From Candidatus Poribacteria bacterium (GTDB lineage: Bacteria; Poribacteria; WGA-4E; WGA-3G): a stretch of 64,000 bases of DNA. Shown one piece after another: positions 51,763-60,949 of the stretch. The stretch lies in assembly GCA_965197475.1 (NCBI GenBank), contig CBDANF010000003.1:2368001-2432000 (forward strand), written 5' to 3'. The position numbers and the translations under genes are program-made. The notes under the pieces were generated by a model that did no database searches, was not told where the DNA came from, and worked only from the letters and a program-made list of their open reading frames with translations. The first letter of the stretch is position 1, and every line of letters starts with the position of its first letter.

Positions 51763-52290
51763 ACGTGAGCTCGGTATAAGCAATCTTTTGTAGTACAAAC
51801 TGTTAGTTTGCGTTCCAGGATGCACAAACTAAATGAAGATTAACTTATTCTTTCGGTAATTCTTATTTTCTCCGTTACCGGTAGGTGCGGTTTCCTAATC
51901 ACACCATAAGCGTCAATTTAGTGTGTTTTTTATGCAAAAAAGGTGTAGATTTATGAAGAAAGCAGCACCAGCGGTGCGGAATGTGTATAGAAAACGGTGT
52001 TAAACACACTCTTGAACCTCAGCGGGGTGACAGGTGCCTGACAACAGGTGCACATGGACACCTTTCGCCCCGCTGGGGCTTAGATATCCGAATATAGGTT
52101 TATTTCCTTAAATTGATGCCTATGGTGCGGTTTCCCAGTTGCACTGGAGCTGGTTATGAAATTACCGATTTTATTTGTTAATCTTCATACAGTTTGTGCT
52201 ACAAAGTGCGGTTAGAAACCGCACCTACCGCGGTTATGAGAGTAAGATTCAAGCATTAAGAACTTCATATCTCTTATACCGAGCTCACGT
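51763..52290. mobile_element. 528-bp non-autonomous element with nested inverted-repeat layers
   Basis: Perfect 18-bp TIR acgtgagctcggtataag/cttataccgagctcacgt flanked by direct TATTATA. Inner IR pairs at 51787/52189, 51833/52177 and 51904/52109. Confidence 0.85.
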
Positions 52291-52453
52291 TATTATAAGT
52301 AAAGAATGTAAATTCACAAAAATAGTTACATAAAAACGTAAGTTTGTCTTGATTTACTTTTATGAAGTCTTCTCTTGAAAGAGTTATTGAAAAAAATGAC
52401 TAAGCATGGCATACTAACAGATATACCGAAATCAAACATTTTACATCAAATAA

Positions 52454-53425
52454 ATGCGAATTGATTGCCAAAGCCACATATTCCCAAAAGCCTATATTGA
52501 AATCCTCGCGCAAAACCCACATCCGCCCCAGGTAATTCGCAGCGGCAGTGAGGCGATTGTCACCTATGGTGATGTGCAGACATTTCGGTTACAGGACGAG
52601 GTTTACGACCCGAAACGCAAACTGAAGGACATGGATGAAGCAGGTGTAGACATGGCACTGCTCAGCACTAATATACCGCCCCCGTGCATGCTTTCACCTG
52701 AATTGGGAAACAAGGGCGCGCAAGCGATTAACAACGCTATCGCAGAACTTGTGGATACGTACCCACACCGATTTGCGGGCTTGGCATGCCTTCCGTGGCA
52801 AAATCCTGAAGAAGCGATAACGGAAATGGATCGGGTTAAGAGAATGGGGTTTCGCGGGATAATGCTCTATTCACATATCGGAGGCAAACCTGTTGATGCA
52901 CCACACTTTGAACCTGTTTACACGTATGCCGAATCACTGGGGATGCCGATTGTCATGCATCCCACGGTTCCAACGTGGGGTGAGGCAATCAAAGATCACT
53001 GGATGATTGGGATGATGGGATTTCAGGTAGATAATAGTTTTGCGTTGTTACGATTGATTTTAAGTGGTATACTTGAACGCCACCCAAACTTACAACTTGT
53101 GATGCCGCACGTCGGAGGCATTTTGCCCTATATGAGTGGTCGTATAGACCATCAAACCGAAGTGTTGGGCAGAGCAAGAGAACACATCACACAACCACCG
53201 AGTGCGTATCTACGACGTATCTATTTGGATACTGTGTCGCCATCACTACAGGCACTGCGATACGCATACGAGTTTGTTGGCGAGCATCGTCTGCTATTTG
53301 GGACAGACCACCCGTGGGTTGATATGCCCCGGTTTGTTCGTTTAATCGAAAAGATGGATATTCCCGATACCGCCCGTTCGCGCATCTTTGGAGAAAACGC
53401 TGTAACACTTTTTGGTTTAAAATGA
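52454..53425 (+). CDS. Amidohydrolase-2 family protein (ACMSD/decarboxylase-like)
   Basis: IDCQSH, VMHP, PHVGG, LFGTDHP, IFGENA. Confidence 0.88.
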   Translation: MRIDCQSHIFPKAYIEILAQNPHPPQVIRSGSEAIVTYGDVQTFRLQDEVYDPKRKLKDMDEAGVDMALLSTNIPPPCMLSPELGNKGAQAINNAIAELVDTYPHRFAGLACLPWQNPEEAITEMDRVKRMGFRGIMLYSHIGGKPVDAPHFEPVYTYAESLGMPIVMHPTVPTWGEAIKDHWMIGMMGFQVDNSFALLRLILSGILERHPNLQLVMPHVGGILPYMSGRIDHQTEVLGRAREHITQPPSAYLRRIYLDTVSPSLQALRYAYEFVGEHRLLFGTDHPWVDMPRFVRLIEKMDIPDTARSRIFGENAVTLFGLK

Positions 53426-53474
53426 AAAGAGAATAGGAAACATCACCATTACTACAAAACAAGGACGTTAATAT

Positions 53475-54353
53475 ATGCGTTTAACTCAATCTGAAGTTTC
53501 GTTTTTCCACAACAACGGGTATCTGCTGCTTGAAAATGTACTGGATGAGAATGACCTTGGTCCTGTGATTACGGAGTACTCAGGTATTATCGCTGAACGC
53601 GCGGAAAAATTGCACAAGGAAGGAAAGGTTACCTCAACCTACCCCGATAAGTCGTTCACGGAGCGGTTGTTTCATCTCGCTGCTGAGGCACCAGAGGTGA
53701 CCGCAAACTTGGACATTATGCGTGCGCGAGGTGAAGCGACATTTAATTTTCTCAAAAACCCTAAAATCCTTGATCTTGCTGAATCTTTTGTCGGTTCTGA
53801 GATTGTGTGCAATCCTATCCAACATATCCGCGCGGTCCTGCCGAAACAGAGTTCAGAGCGCGAACCGACACCGTGGCATCAGGACGCAGGTGTCTGTTGG
53901 CCCGATACAGACCCTTACTTTATGCTAACCATCTGGATACCGATTGTGGATGCGACTTTGGAAAACGGATGCTTACAAGTGCTTCCGGGCAGCCATAAGA
54001 TGGGACTGTTTACACATGATTGGGGTGAGGCGGGATTGTTGGTTCCACCTAAACATCAGCCACCGAATCTTACACCGAAAGTGTTACCGATACAGGCAGG
54101 CGGTGTTATCCTGTTCCACAATTACACGCTCCACAGCGCAAAATCGAATGAATCCGAGACCGTTCGGTGGAGTTTTGATCTGCGATATCACGATGTTTAT
54201 CAGCCAACAGGAAGACCCTACTATCCTGCGTTTTTGATGCGGAGCCGTTTACGTCCAGAAGCGTGCCAAACCGATTATGAAACGTGGTGTAAACGGTGGG
54301 AATTTGCGTTGGAAAACTCCAGAGGTGTGCAGGCATACCGGTGGCCGTGGTAG
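53475..54353 (+). CDS. Phytanoyl-CoA dioxygenase (PhyH) family protein
   Basis: F.NNGYL, PWHQD, ENGCLQVLPGSH, H.A..N.S..RWS.D.RY. Confidence 0.9.
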   Translation: MRLTQSEVSFFHNNGYLLLENVLDENDLGPVITEYSGIIAERAEKLHKEGKVTSTYPDKSFTERLFHLAAEAPEVTANLDIMRARGEATFNFLKNPKILDLAESFVGSEIVCNPIQHIRAVLPKQSSEREPTPWHQDAGVCWPDTDPYFMLTIWIPIVDATLENGCLQVLPGSHKMGLFTHDWGEAGLLVPPKHQPPNLTPKVLPIQAGGVILFHNYTLHSAKSNESETVRWSFDLRYHDVYQPTGRPYYPAFLMRSRLRPEACQTDYETWCKRWEFALENSRGVQAYRWPW

Positions 54354-54368
54354 AAACGAGGAGAAAAC

Positions 54369-54788
54369 GTGCTTGAGATTTCAGATTTGCCAACTATCAA
54401 TGCAACCTTAAATACGATAAGTGCTATCTTGTTGACAGTAGGATATGTCCTAATTCGGCAGCGGAAAATTGCGGCACACAAAAAATGTATGCTTGCGGCA
54501 TTCACTGTGTCTGTGCTTTTCCTTATCTGCTATGTTTTTTATCACGCTAACGCTGGGTCAAAATCTTTTACACAGCAGGGATGGATACGTCCTGTCTATT
54601 TTACAATTCTGATTTCGCACATAATTTTGGCGTTTGCGATAGTGCCGTTGGCGTTACGCACCCTCTACTTGGCATGGCGTGAAAAGTTTGACAAACACCG
54701 CCGCATCGCAAAAATCACACTTCCGATCTGGCTATATGTGTCCGTAACAGGTGTGATTATCTATCTGATGCTGTATCAGATGGGGTAA
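54369..54788 (+). CDS. DUF420 family membrane protein
   Basis: LPTINATLN..HKKCM..FL..Y..YH..ILISHI..HRRIAK..PIWLYVSVTGV. Confidence 0.88.
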   Translation: MLEISDLPTINATLNTISAILLTVGYVLIRQRKIAAHKKCMLAAFTVSVLFLICYVFYHANAGSKSFTQQGWIRPVYFTILISHIILAFAIVPLALRTLYLAWREKFDKHRRIAKITLPIWLYVSVTGVIIYLMLYQMG

Positions 54789-54803
54789 AAAGGAGATTTA
54801 CTT

Positions 54804-56951
54804 ATGAGAGCAACACGCGTTTTTATTTTTACAATTCTGTTTTTCAGCGTGCTTTTTCTTCCACAGACCTTCGCGGACGACTACACACGGTGGGAATTGC
54901 CTGAAGGGGCGCAGTCAAGGCTTGGCAAGGGAAAAATCAAAAACATTGTAGGGAGATTTCCATATCAGTTCTCACCGGATAATAGTCAACTTGTTGTATT
55001 CAGTTCAATAGGAATTTGGGTATACGATGCCCAAACAGGAAAAGAGCTTACATTAACTACAAAATACATGGAAAAAGGATATGACAACGTTGTTCTTAGT
55101 CCTGACTGTAAGACATTCGCTGATGTCAGTAATAGAGCCGAACGTCACGAGATTGAGTTATGGGATTTACAGACAAGTAAACTTAGAACTACCTTTGATA
55201 ATCATGCTGCGACGGTCAATTCTGTTGCGTTTCATCCAGGTGGACAGATGCTTGCGAGTGGTGATTCAGAGGGGGTGATTCGGTTATGGAACATTGAGAC
55301 AGAAGATAGTAGACCACTTCTGAAGCTAAATATAGCTGTTGGCGTGGTAACGTTCAGTCCTGATGGGCGGATAATTATGAATTGGAACAGAGAAGGTGTT
55401 TGGTTATGGGACACCCAAACTGGAAAACTCATAACGAAATTAGATGATACAGAAGATATTATTCGCATTTCCTTTGGTCCCAATAGAAAATTTTTCGTAG
55501 GTGAAAGTAATAAAGAGATTAGAATATGGGATACTGAAAACGGGAAAATCAAAATTAAATTAGAGCAGCCCGGATTGATAAAAAAGTTCACATTATCACC
55601 CGACGGTACAACTATCGCGAACGTTACTGGAAACACTTCTACGGTTAAGTTATGGGATGTCCACACAGGAAAACTGAAAAATACGTTCACAGGAGATTAT
55701 GCAACCAAGCGCGTTGAATCTATAACATTCAGTCCTGATGGGCGGACTATAGCAGTTGCGAGCTATGGTGAGATTCGATTGTGGGATATAAACTCAGGAA
55801 TTCATAAGGCTACACTAAAAGGACCAGGATTTTTCCATCACCTTATGTTCAGTCCTGATGGACGTACCCTTGCTGCGTATAGCTATCCCTCGCGAAGTGA
55901 AGTCGGTATCTATTTATGGGAGATAAACGCAACAAATCTTCAAAAATCCACAGTCCGACACGTTATCACAGGACACAAACTTGAGGTAAATTCAATCGCG
56001 TTCAGTCCTGATGGACAATCAATCGCGAGTGGACATAGACACAAAAACATCAGATTGTGGGATGTTTCGACTGGAGAACTCAAAAAGATATTTAAAGGAC
56101 ATCCCTCTCCATTATGGTATCCAGCGATCGCGTTTTCTCCAAATGGAAAAACACTTGCCAGTTTGAGCAACATAACTCTGGATAAGGACGAAATCTTTCT
56201 GTGGGATGTAGGTAAGGGTGAATATATAACTACTCTCGGAAGACATGGTAAAGCTCTTGGTAACAGCTATGCTTTTCGCCCAAGCGGACTTGCTTTCAGT
56301 CCGGATGGAAAGTTACTTGCCAGTGGAAGTTTGGATGGAACGATTCGGTTCTGGAATGCCAACGCCGCAGTAAGCGATTCGCTATTTCATAATCTATGGG
56401 GCGGAATTTTTGGCTACAAGAAAGGTACTATAAAGAGGTATAAAGATTACGTACTCTCTGTTGCATTTAGTCCAGATGGACGCACCCTCGCAAGCGGAAG
56501 TGCTGACAAAACTATCAGACTGTGGAATGCGCGGAATCGGAAACAGAAAGCGATCTTAACAAAAGAAGGTATGGGCAGCGTAAACTGTGTTACTTTTAGT
56601 CCAGATGGACATACCTTAGCAAATGGAGATAGCAGAGGAAGGATTTTCCTATGGGATCCTATCACTATGAAACATAAAGCTACTCTCGAAAACGATTCAC
56701 ATGTCATTTGTGATATTTTTTCCATCTCGTTTAGCCCTGATAGTAGTACACTTGCATGCGGAAGTATTGCCCGCTCAGAAGAAATTAAAAAAAATGTAGT
56801 TTTTCTATGGGATATAAAAACGCGTGAACTTAAAACAACACTCATAGGACATACTGAGTATGTCATTTCTGTTACATTTAGTCCTGATGGACGCACCCTT
56901 GCAAGTGGAAGTTCAGATGGGACGGTGCTCATCTGGGAACTGGAGCAGTAA
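54804..56951 (+). CDS. Secreted WD40-repeat protein
   Basis: Signal peptide ..TFADDYTRWELPEGAQSRLGKG; FSPDG/WD repeats. Confidence 0.93.
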   Translation: MRATRVFIFTILFFSVLFLPQTFADDYTRWELPEGAQSRLGKGKIKNIVGRFPYQFSPDNSQLVVFSSIGIWVYDAQTGKELTLTTKYMEKGYDNVVLSPDCKTFADVSNRAERHEIELWDLQTSKLRTTFDNHAATVNSVAFHPGGQMLASGDSEGVIRLWNIETEDSRPLLKLNIAVGVVTFSPDGRIIMNWNREGVWLWDTQTGKLITKLDDTEDIIRISFGPNRKFFVGESNKEIRIWDTENGKIKIKLEQPGLIKKFTLSPDGTTIANVTGNTSTVKLWDVHTGKLKNTFTGDYATKRVESITFSPDGRTIAVASYGEIRLWDINSGIHKATLKGPGFFHHLMFSPDGRTLAAYSYPSRSEVGIYLWEINATNLQKSTVRHVITGHKLEVNSIAFSPDGQSIASGHRHKNIRLWDVSTGELKKIFKGHPSPLWYPAIAFSPNGKTLASLSNITLDKDEIFLWDVGKGEYITTLGRHGKALGNSYAFRPSGLAFSPDGKLLASGSLDGTIRFWNANAAVSDSLFHNLWGGIFGYKKGTIKRYKDYVLSVAFSPDGRTLASGSADKTIRLWNARNRKQKAILTKEGMGSVNCVTFSPDGHTLANGDSRGRIFLWDPITMKHKATLENDSHVICDIFSISFSPDSSTLACGSIARSEEIKKNVVFLWDIKTRELKTTLIGHTEYVISVTFSPDGRTLASGSSDGTVLIWELEQ

Positions 56952-56973
56952 TTTCACAAGGAGAATTCAACCC

Positions 56974-59148
56974 ATGAAAAAGATATGGATTTTTATTCTA
57001 ACACTGTTTTTCATCAATATAATTATTTTTTCCTCCACTTTCGCGGATGACTACACTCGATGGGAATTGCCGGAAGGAGCAAAATTAAGGCTTGGAAAGG
57101 GGCAGATTAGGAATGTTGCAAGAAAACCCTCATTTCAGTTCTCGCCCGACAGTAGCCAATTCATGGTGTTCAGTTCTATAGGAATTTGGGTATACGATGC
57201 CCAAACCGGGGAAGCACTAAGGTTATTAACAGGAAACAAGGAAGGAAGTCCTGACGACATAATCATTAGCCCTGATTGGAGCACATTCGCAAGTCCGATA
57301 GATAATTGGAATAATCCTGGGATTCAATTATGGGATTTTCACACCGGCCAACTTCAAACCACTTTTGAAGGTCATGTAAGAGGGGTAACATCCATCGCGT
57401 TTAGCCCCAATGGAGAGATGCTCGTAAGTGGTGATTTTGAGGGTGTAATGCGATTATGGGATATTGGCAGTGGACAACACAAACGTATTCCAACACCACA
57501 TAATATTGTGAGTGATGTCGTATTCAGTCCTGACGGGCGAACGATTATGAGTTGGCGGAGTGGGGATTATCGGTTGTGGGATGTGAAAACCGGAAAAATA
57601 AAAGCAAAGTTGGAGGGCACAGATGGAATTAGAAAGATCGATTTTAGTCCCGATGGGCAACTACTTGTTGGTGCTAATGACTGGGAGATTCGATTGTGGA
57701 ATGCTGACACAGGTAAAATCAAAATGAGATTCAAAGTCAAAAAGCCGCGTTGGAGAACAATATTAGCATTTACACCCGATGGAAAGACTCTTGCCAGTGT
57801 TGGTGTGAACAACGATAAGGTTCGACTATGGGACCTACACGCTGGACAACTCAATAAAACGCTCACAGGAAAACCTAAGCATGTTAAAAAGATACAAGTT
57901 GAAGAAAACAGTGTAATATTCTTTGAACTCTCTGGAAGGCGTGTTGATTCTATGGCGTTTAGTCCTGATGGACAAACACTTGCGGTCTCAAGTCGTAGCG
58001 AAATCCAGTTGTGGGATACAGTTACTGGAATACATAAGGTGACGCTCAAAGGACAAGGATCTTTCAATCGTCTTGTGTTCAGTCCCGATGGACGCACCCT
58101 TGCTGCAAAAGGGGAGGTTTGGCGGAATGAGTCCGGCATCTTTTTGCTGAATATAGACACCACAGATGTTCAAAAATGCGGTATTCGGTACTTCTTACCG
58201 GCGCACAGACCGGAAGTAAATTCTGTAGCGTTCAGCCCAGATGGACAGACACTTGCCAGTGGGTATAAGCGCGAAAACATAAGACTGTGGGATGTTTCCA
58301 CTGGAAAACTCAAACAGGTTTTCAAAGGACATTCATATCCGTTATGGGTTCAGTCTGTTGCCTTTTTTCCAAACGGGAAAACACTCGCGAGTTTGAGTAT
58401 ACAGAGTTCATCTTCAAAAGCCGAGATTCTTTTATGGGATGTGGCTACAGGAAAATACCAGGTGACCTATAAAGGTCACGGCAAGATGATCGGCAACAGT
58501 TTATCCAGTCATACAAACAGCATCGCTTTTAGCTCAGATGGTAAAACGCTGGTGAGTGGGAGTTTGGATGGGACGGTTCGGTTATGGAATATCAAAACTA
58601 CAATGAGCGACTCACCTATAGAAAAATTACAAGGAGTTTTCTCTGGTTACCGAAAAGGAACTCTAAAAGGGCATACAGACCAAGTGCTTTCTGTCGCCTT
58701 AAGTCCTGATGGAGATACTATTGCAAGTGCATGTTTGGACAAAACCATTCGGTTATGGGATATGCACACTCAAGAACTAAAAGCGATTCTTGATAAACAT
58801 CCAGCAGGTGTTGAAAGTGTTACTTTCAGTCATGACGGGCAAACTATAGCAAGTTGTGATGTGAACGGAACAATCTTTTTATGGAATCCCATCACCTACG
58901 ACCGTACGACTATCCTTTTATTGAGTGACAATCCCAATCGTACTACTACTTCACTTGCGTTTAGTCCTGATGATAATTATCTCGCAAGTGCAATTGGAAG
59001 AAATATTTTTATCTGGGATATGAACACACACCAACTTAAAAAGACACTCACAGAACATAGAGGGTCTGTCTATTCGGTTAAGTTCAGTCCTGATGGCACC
59101 TTGCTTGCGAGTGGCGGATCGGACGGGACGGTTCTTATCTGGGGATAA
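56974..59148 (+). CDS. Secreted WD40-repeat protein (tandem paralog)
   Basis: Start ATG56974 after aaggag; same cap DDYTRWELPEGAKLRLGKG; collinear with 54804..56951. Confidence 0.93.
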   Translation: MKKIWIFILTLFFINIIIFSSTFADDYTRWELPEGAKLRLGKGQIRNVARKPSFQFSPDSSQFMVFSSIGIWVYDAQTGEALRLLTGNKEGSPDDIIISPDWSTFASPIDNWNNPGIQLWDFHTGQLQTTFEGHVRGVTSIAFSPNGEMLVSGDFEGVMRLWDIGSGQHKRIPTPHNIVSDVVFSPDGRTIMSWRSGDYRLWDVKTGKIKAKLEGTDGIRKIDFSPDGQLLVGANDWEIRLWNADTGKIKMRFKVKKPRWRTILAFTPDGKTLASVGVNNDKVRLWDLHAGQLNKTLTGKPKHVKKIQVEENSVIFFELSGRRVDSMAFSPDGQTLAVSSRSEIQLWDTVTGIHKVTLKGQGSFNRLVFSPDGRTLAAKGEVWRNESGIFLLNIDTTDVQKCGIRYFLPAHRPEVNSVAFSPDGQTLASGYKRENIRLWDVSTGKLKQVFKGHSYPLWVQSVAFFPNGKTLASLSIQSSSSKAEILLWDVATGKYQVTYKGHGKMIGNSLSSHTNSIAFSSDGKTLVSGSLDGTVRLWNIKTTMSDSPIEKLQGVFSGYRKGTLKGHTDQVLSVALSPDGDTIASACLDKTIRLWDMHTQELKAILDKHPAGVESVTFSHDGQTIASCDVNGTIFLWNPITYDRTTILLLSDNPNRTTTSLAFSPDDNYLASAIGRNIFIWDMNTHQLKKTLTEHRGSVYSVKFSPDGTLLASGGSDGTVLIWG

Positions 59149-59214
59149 AACCGTAGAGAATACAATAAAAAACCGCCTCTACAAAGGAGTGGTTATGTGT
59201 ATTGATCTGTCTCT

Positions 59215-60111
59215 CTATGTTGAATAAGGACGGAAACCTCGTACCATCAAACCACGATCACTATTGGATTTCTTTGCTTCTTCTGCTGCCGCTGCACGTT
59301 TCTCTGCCTCTGCTCGATTTGCTGTGGTCGTTCCCCCAATTATCACATAGTCATCTGTCCGACGGTAACGATTGATAAAAACCGGGCGCGGTTTGCCTGA
59401 CATATTCTGTTTGGAACCGTGTACCGTCTTGACATTAAAGAAGATTGAATCACCTGCTTTACCTGAAACGGGGAGCGCGCTTTCCCAGGGCCACTTATCC
59501 TCTTCTAAACCGAGGTGCGAAAAAGTGTCAATATGCTTGAGTTGTCCAAGGCGATGCGAACCCGGCACGACGTGTAATGCACCGTTCACAAGGTCAGTGT
59601 CTACAACGTAGTTCAAAGTACCGACAGGTCCCTGATAGCGATGTTCAAAGTAAGCAGAGTCTTGATGTAGGTGCTTCGGATGTCCGCCTACCGGCTCTTT
59701 ATAGAGACACTGTCCATTGCCAAAAATCTCAACATTCGGACCCAATATCGCCTCTACGATTTTGACTGCATTTTCATCGAAAGCGGAGTGGAAAAACGCG
59801 GCACTCGTCTGATAGTTCACCGCCAACACCATGATCTGCTTATCCCGTTCGTAGCCTTGTGGTGATGGCAGGAAAAGCATTCCATTTGGTGTGCGCCACC
59901 CTTCAACGATCTGTTGTGCCTCGTCAAGGAGTACTATAGATTCTGCTGCTGCAGCCTCAATATCCTGATGAATTGCCTCAATGTAGGGGTTCATCAGACC
60001 GCGCACGACAAGACATCCATGTTCCTCGAAAATGCTCGCGGCTTTTTCAACATCTAAAGCATCAACCGACACTTCAATATCTTCAACTGTTACTTTATGT
60101 TCCTGATTCAC
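59215..60111 (-). CDS. Phytanoyl-CoA dioxygenase (PhyH) family protein
   Basis: FEEHGCLV, YKEP..HLHQD, NGALHVVPGSH, HGS..N.S..R. Confidence 0.9.
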   Translation of the reverse strand: MNQEHKVTVEDIEVSVDALDVEKAASIFEEHGCLVVRGLMNPYIEAIHQDIEAAAAESIVLLDEAQQIVEGWRTPNGMLFLPSPQGYERDKQIMVLAVNYQTSAAFFHSAFDENAVKIVEAILGPNVEIFGNGQCLYKEPVGGHPKHLHQDSAYFEHRYQGPVGTLNYVVDTDLVNGALHVVPGSHRLGQLKHIDTFSHLGLEEDKWPWESALPVSGKAGDSIFFNVKTVHGSKQNMSGKPRPVFINRYRRTDDYVIIGGTTTANRAEAEKRAAAAEEAKKSNSDRGLMVRGFRPYST

Positions 60112-60260
60112 GAAATTTACTCCTTGGAAGTCGTATCATAATAATATGTGGGGACAAAGTCATTCCCCACAACAGCATGCGTTTTCAATAAAAAGTGAAA
60201 GTTACTAACCTGATATTTCTTACAATCGTGCAGAACCTAATAATCAACACAAAGCAGGCA

Positions 60261-60707
60261 TAACGCCATGAAAATGCGTTTTCGTTTGAAGATTTTGCTT
60301 GACATTTAGCGCATGGATACAAAGCCATTCAATTCTCTTGTACTTTCACTTCCTATTCAAAGCATCTCTTCTGTAGGAGTGACCTCCTGGTCGCGACCCT
60401 TTAAGAATGCAGAGAAAACTTGAAACTGAATACCTCTGGCATGAGATACCATCCTAATTGACAATAAATCTACCCTAATTGAAGATTAGGAGGACCTCTC
60501 ATGCAACAGCAGCTTATCAGATGTGTCAAGTTTTTTCAACTACTTCTTTATTCAAACTTTCGGCAACTGCGACCGAAATTGGTTTGGAACCTTACTTTTG
60601 CTTTCAACCGGGCATCTGTTCGTCTCTATAACCCGAATCAAGTGGCAGGTGCGTTGGCAATCCCAAAAGCGAACCTTTACCGACATCTGAAATCTGATAT
60701 CTATTGA
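60261..60707 (+). pseudogene. Remnant of the same IS family as 26145..27264 (left end + transposase N-terminus)
   Basis: Identical 22-bp end. MQQQLIRCVKFFQLLL..NPNQVAGALAIPKANLYR aligns with MLTQLIKSITFFQLLL..NPDQVADALSIPKARLYR. Confidence 0.8.
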
Positions 60708-60949
60708 CATCAGGGTGATTTTGAGAAATATCAGTTAATTATGTCTTTTCCATGTATTCAACTGTCCAGTTTCTGGACAGTGTTGACCAAATTGTGACCA
60801 AATTTGGTTGAAAAACGCTGAATTTTACTGGTTTTTGTTGGCATACAATTTGCGTATAAGATAACATGCAGGTTGCAGATGAGTGTCTGCTAAACAAATA
60901 TGACAACCGCAAGACATGCCGAAAAGACAAATTCAAAAGGAACATGACA

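Noticed and set aside
60708-60949. Cobalamin or other riboswitch upstream of the TonB-dependent receptor
   Set aside because: No B12-box or other recognisable aptamer core seen; substrate left unassigned.
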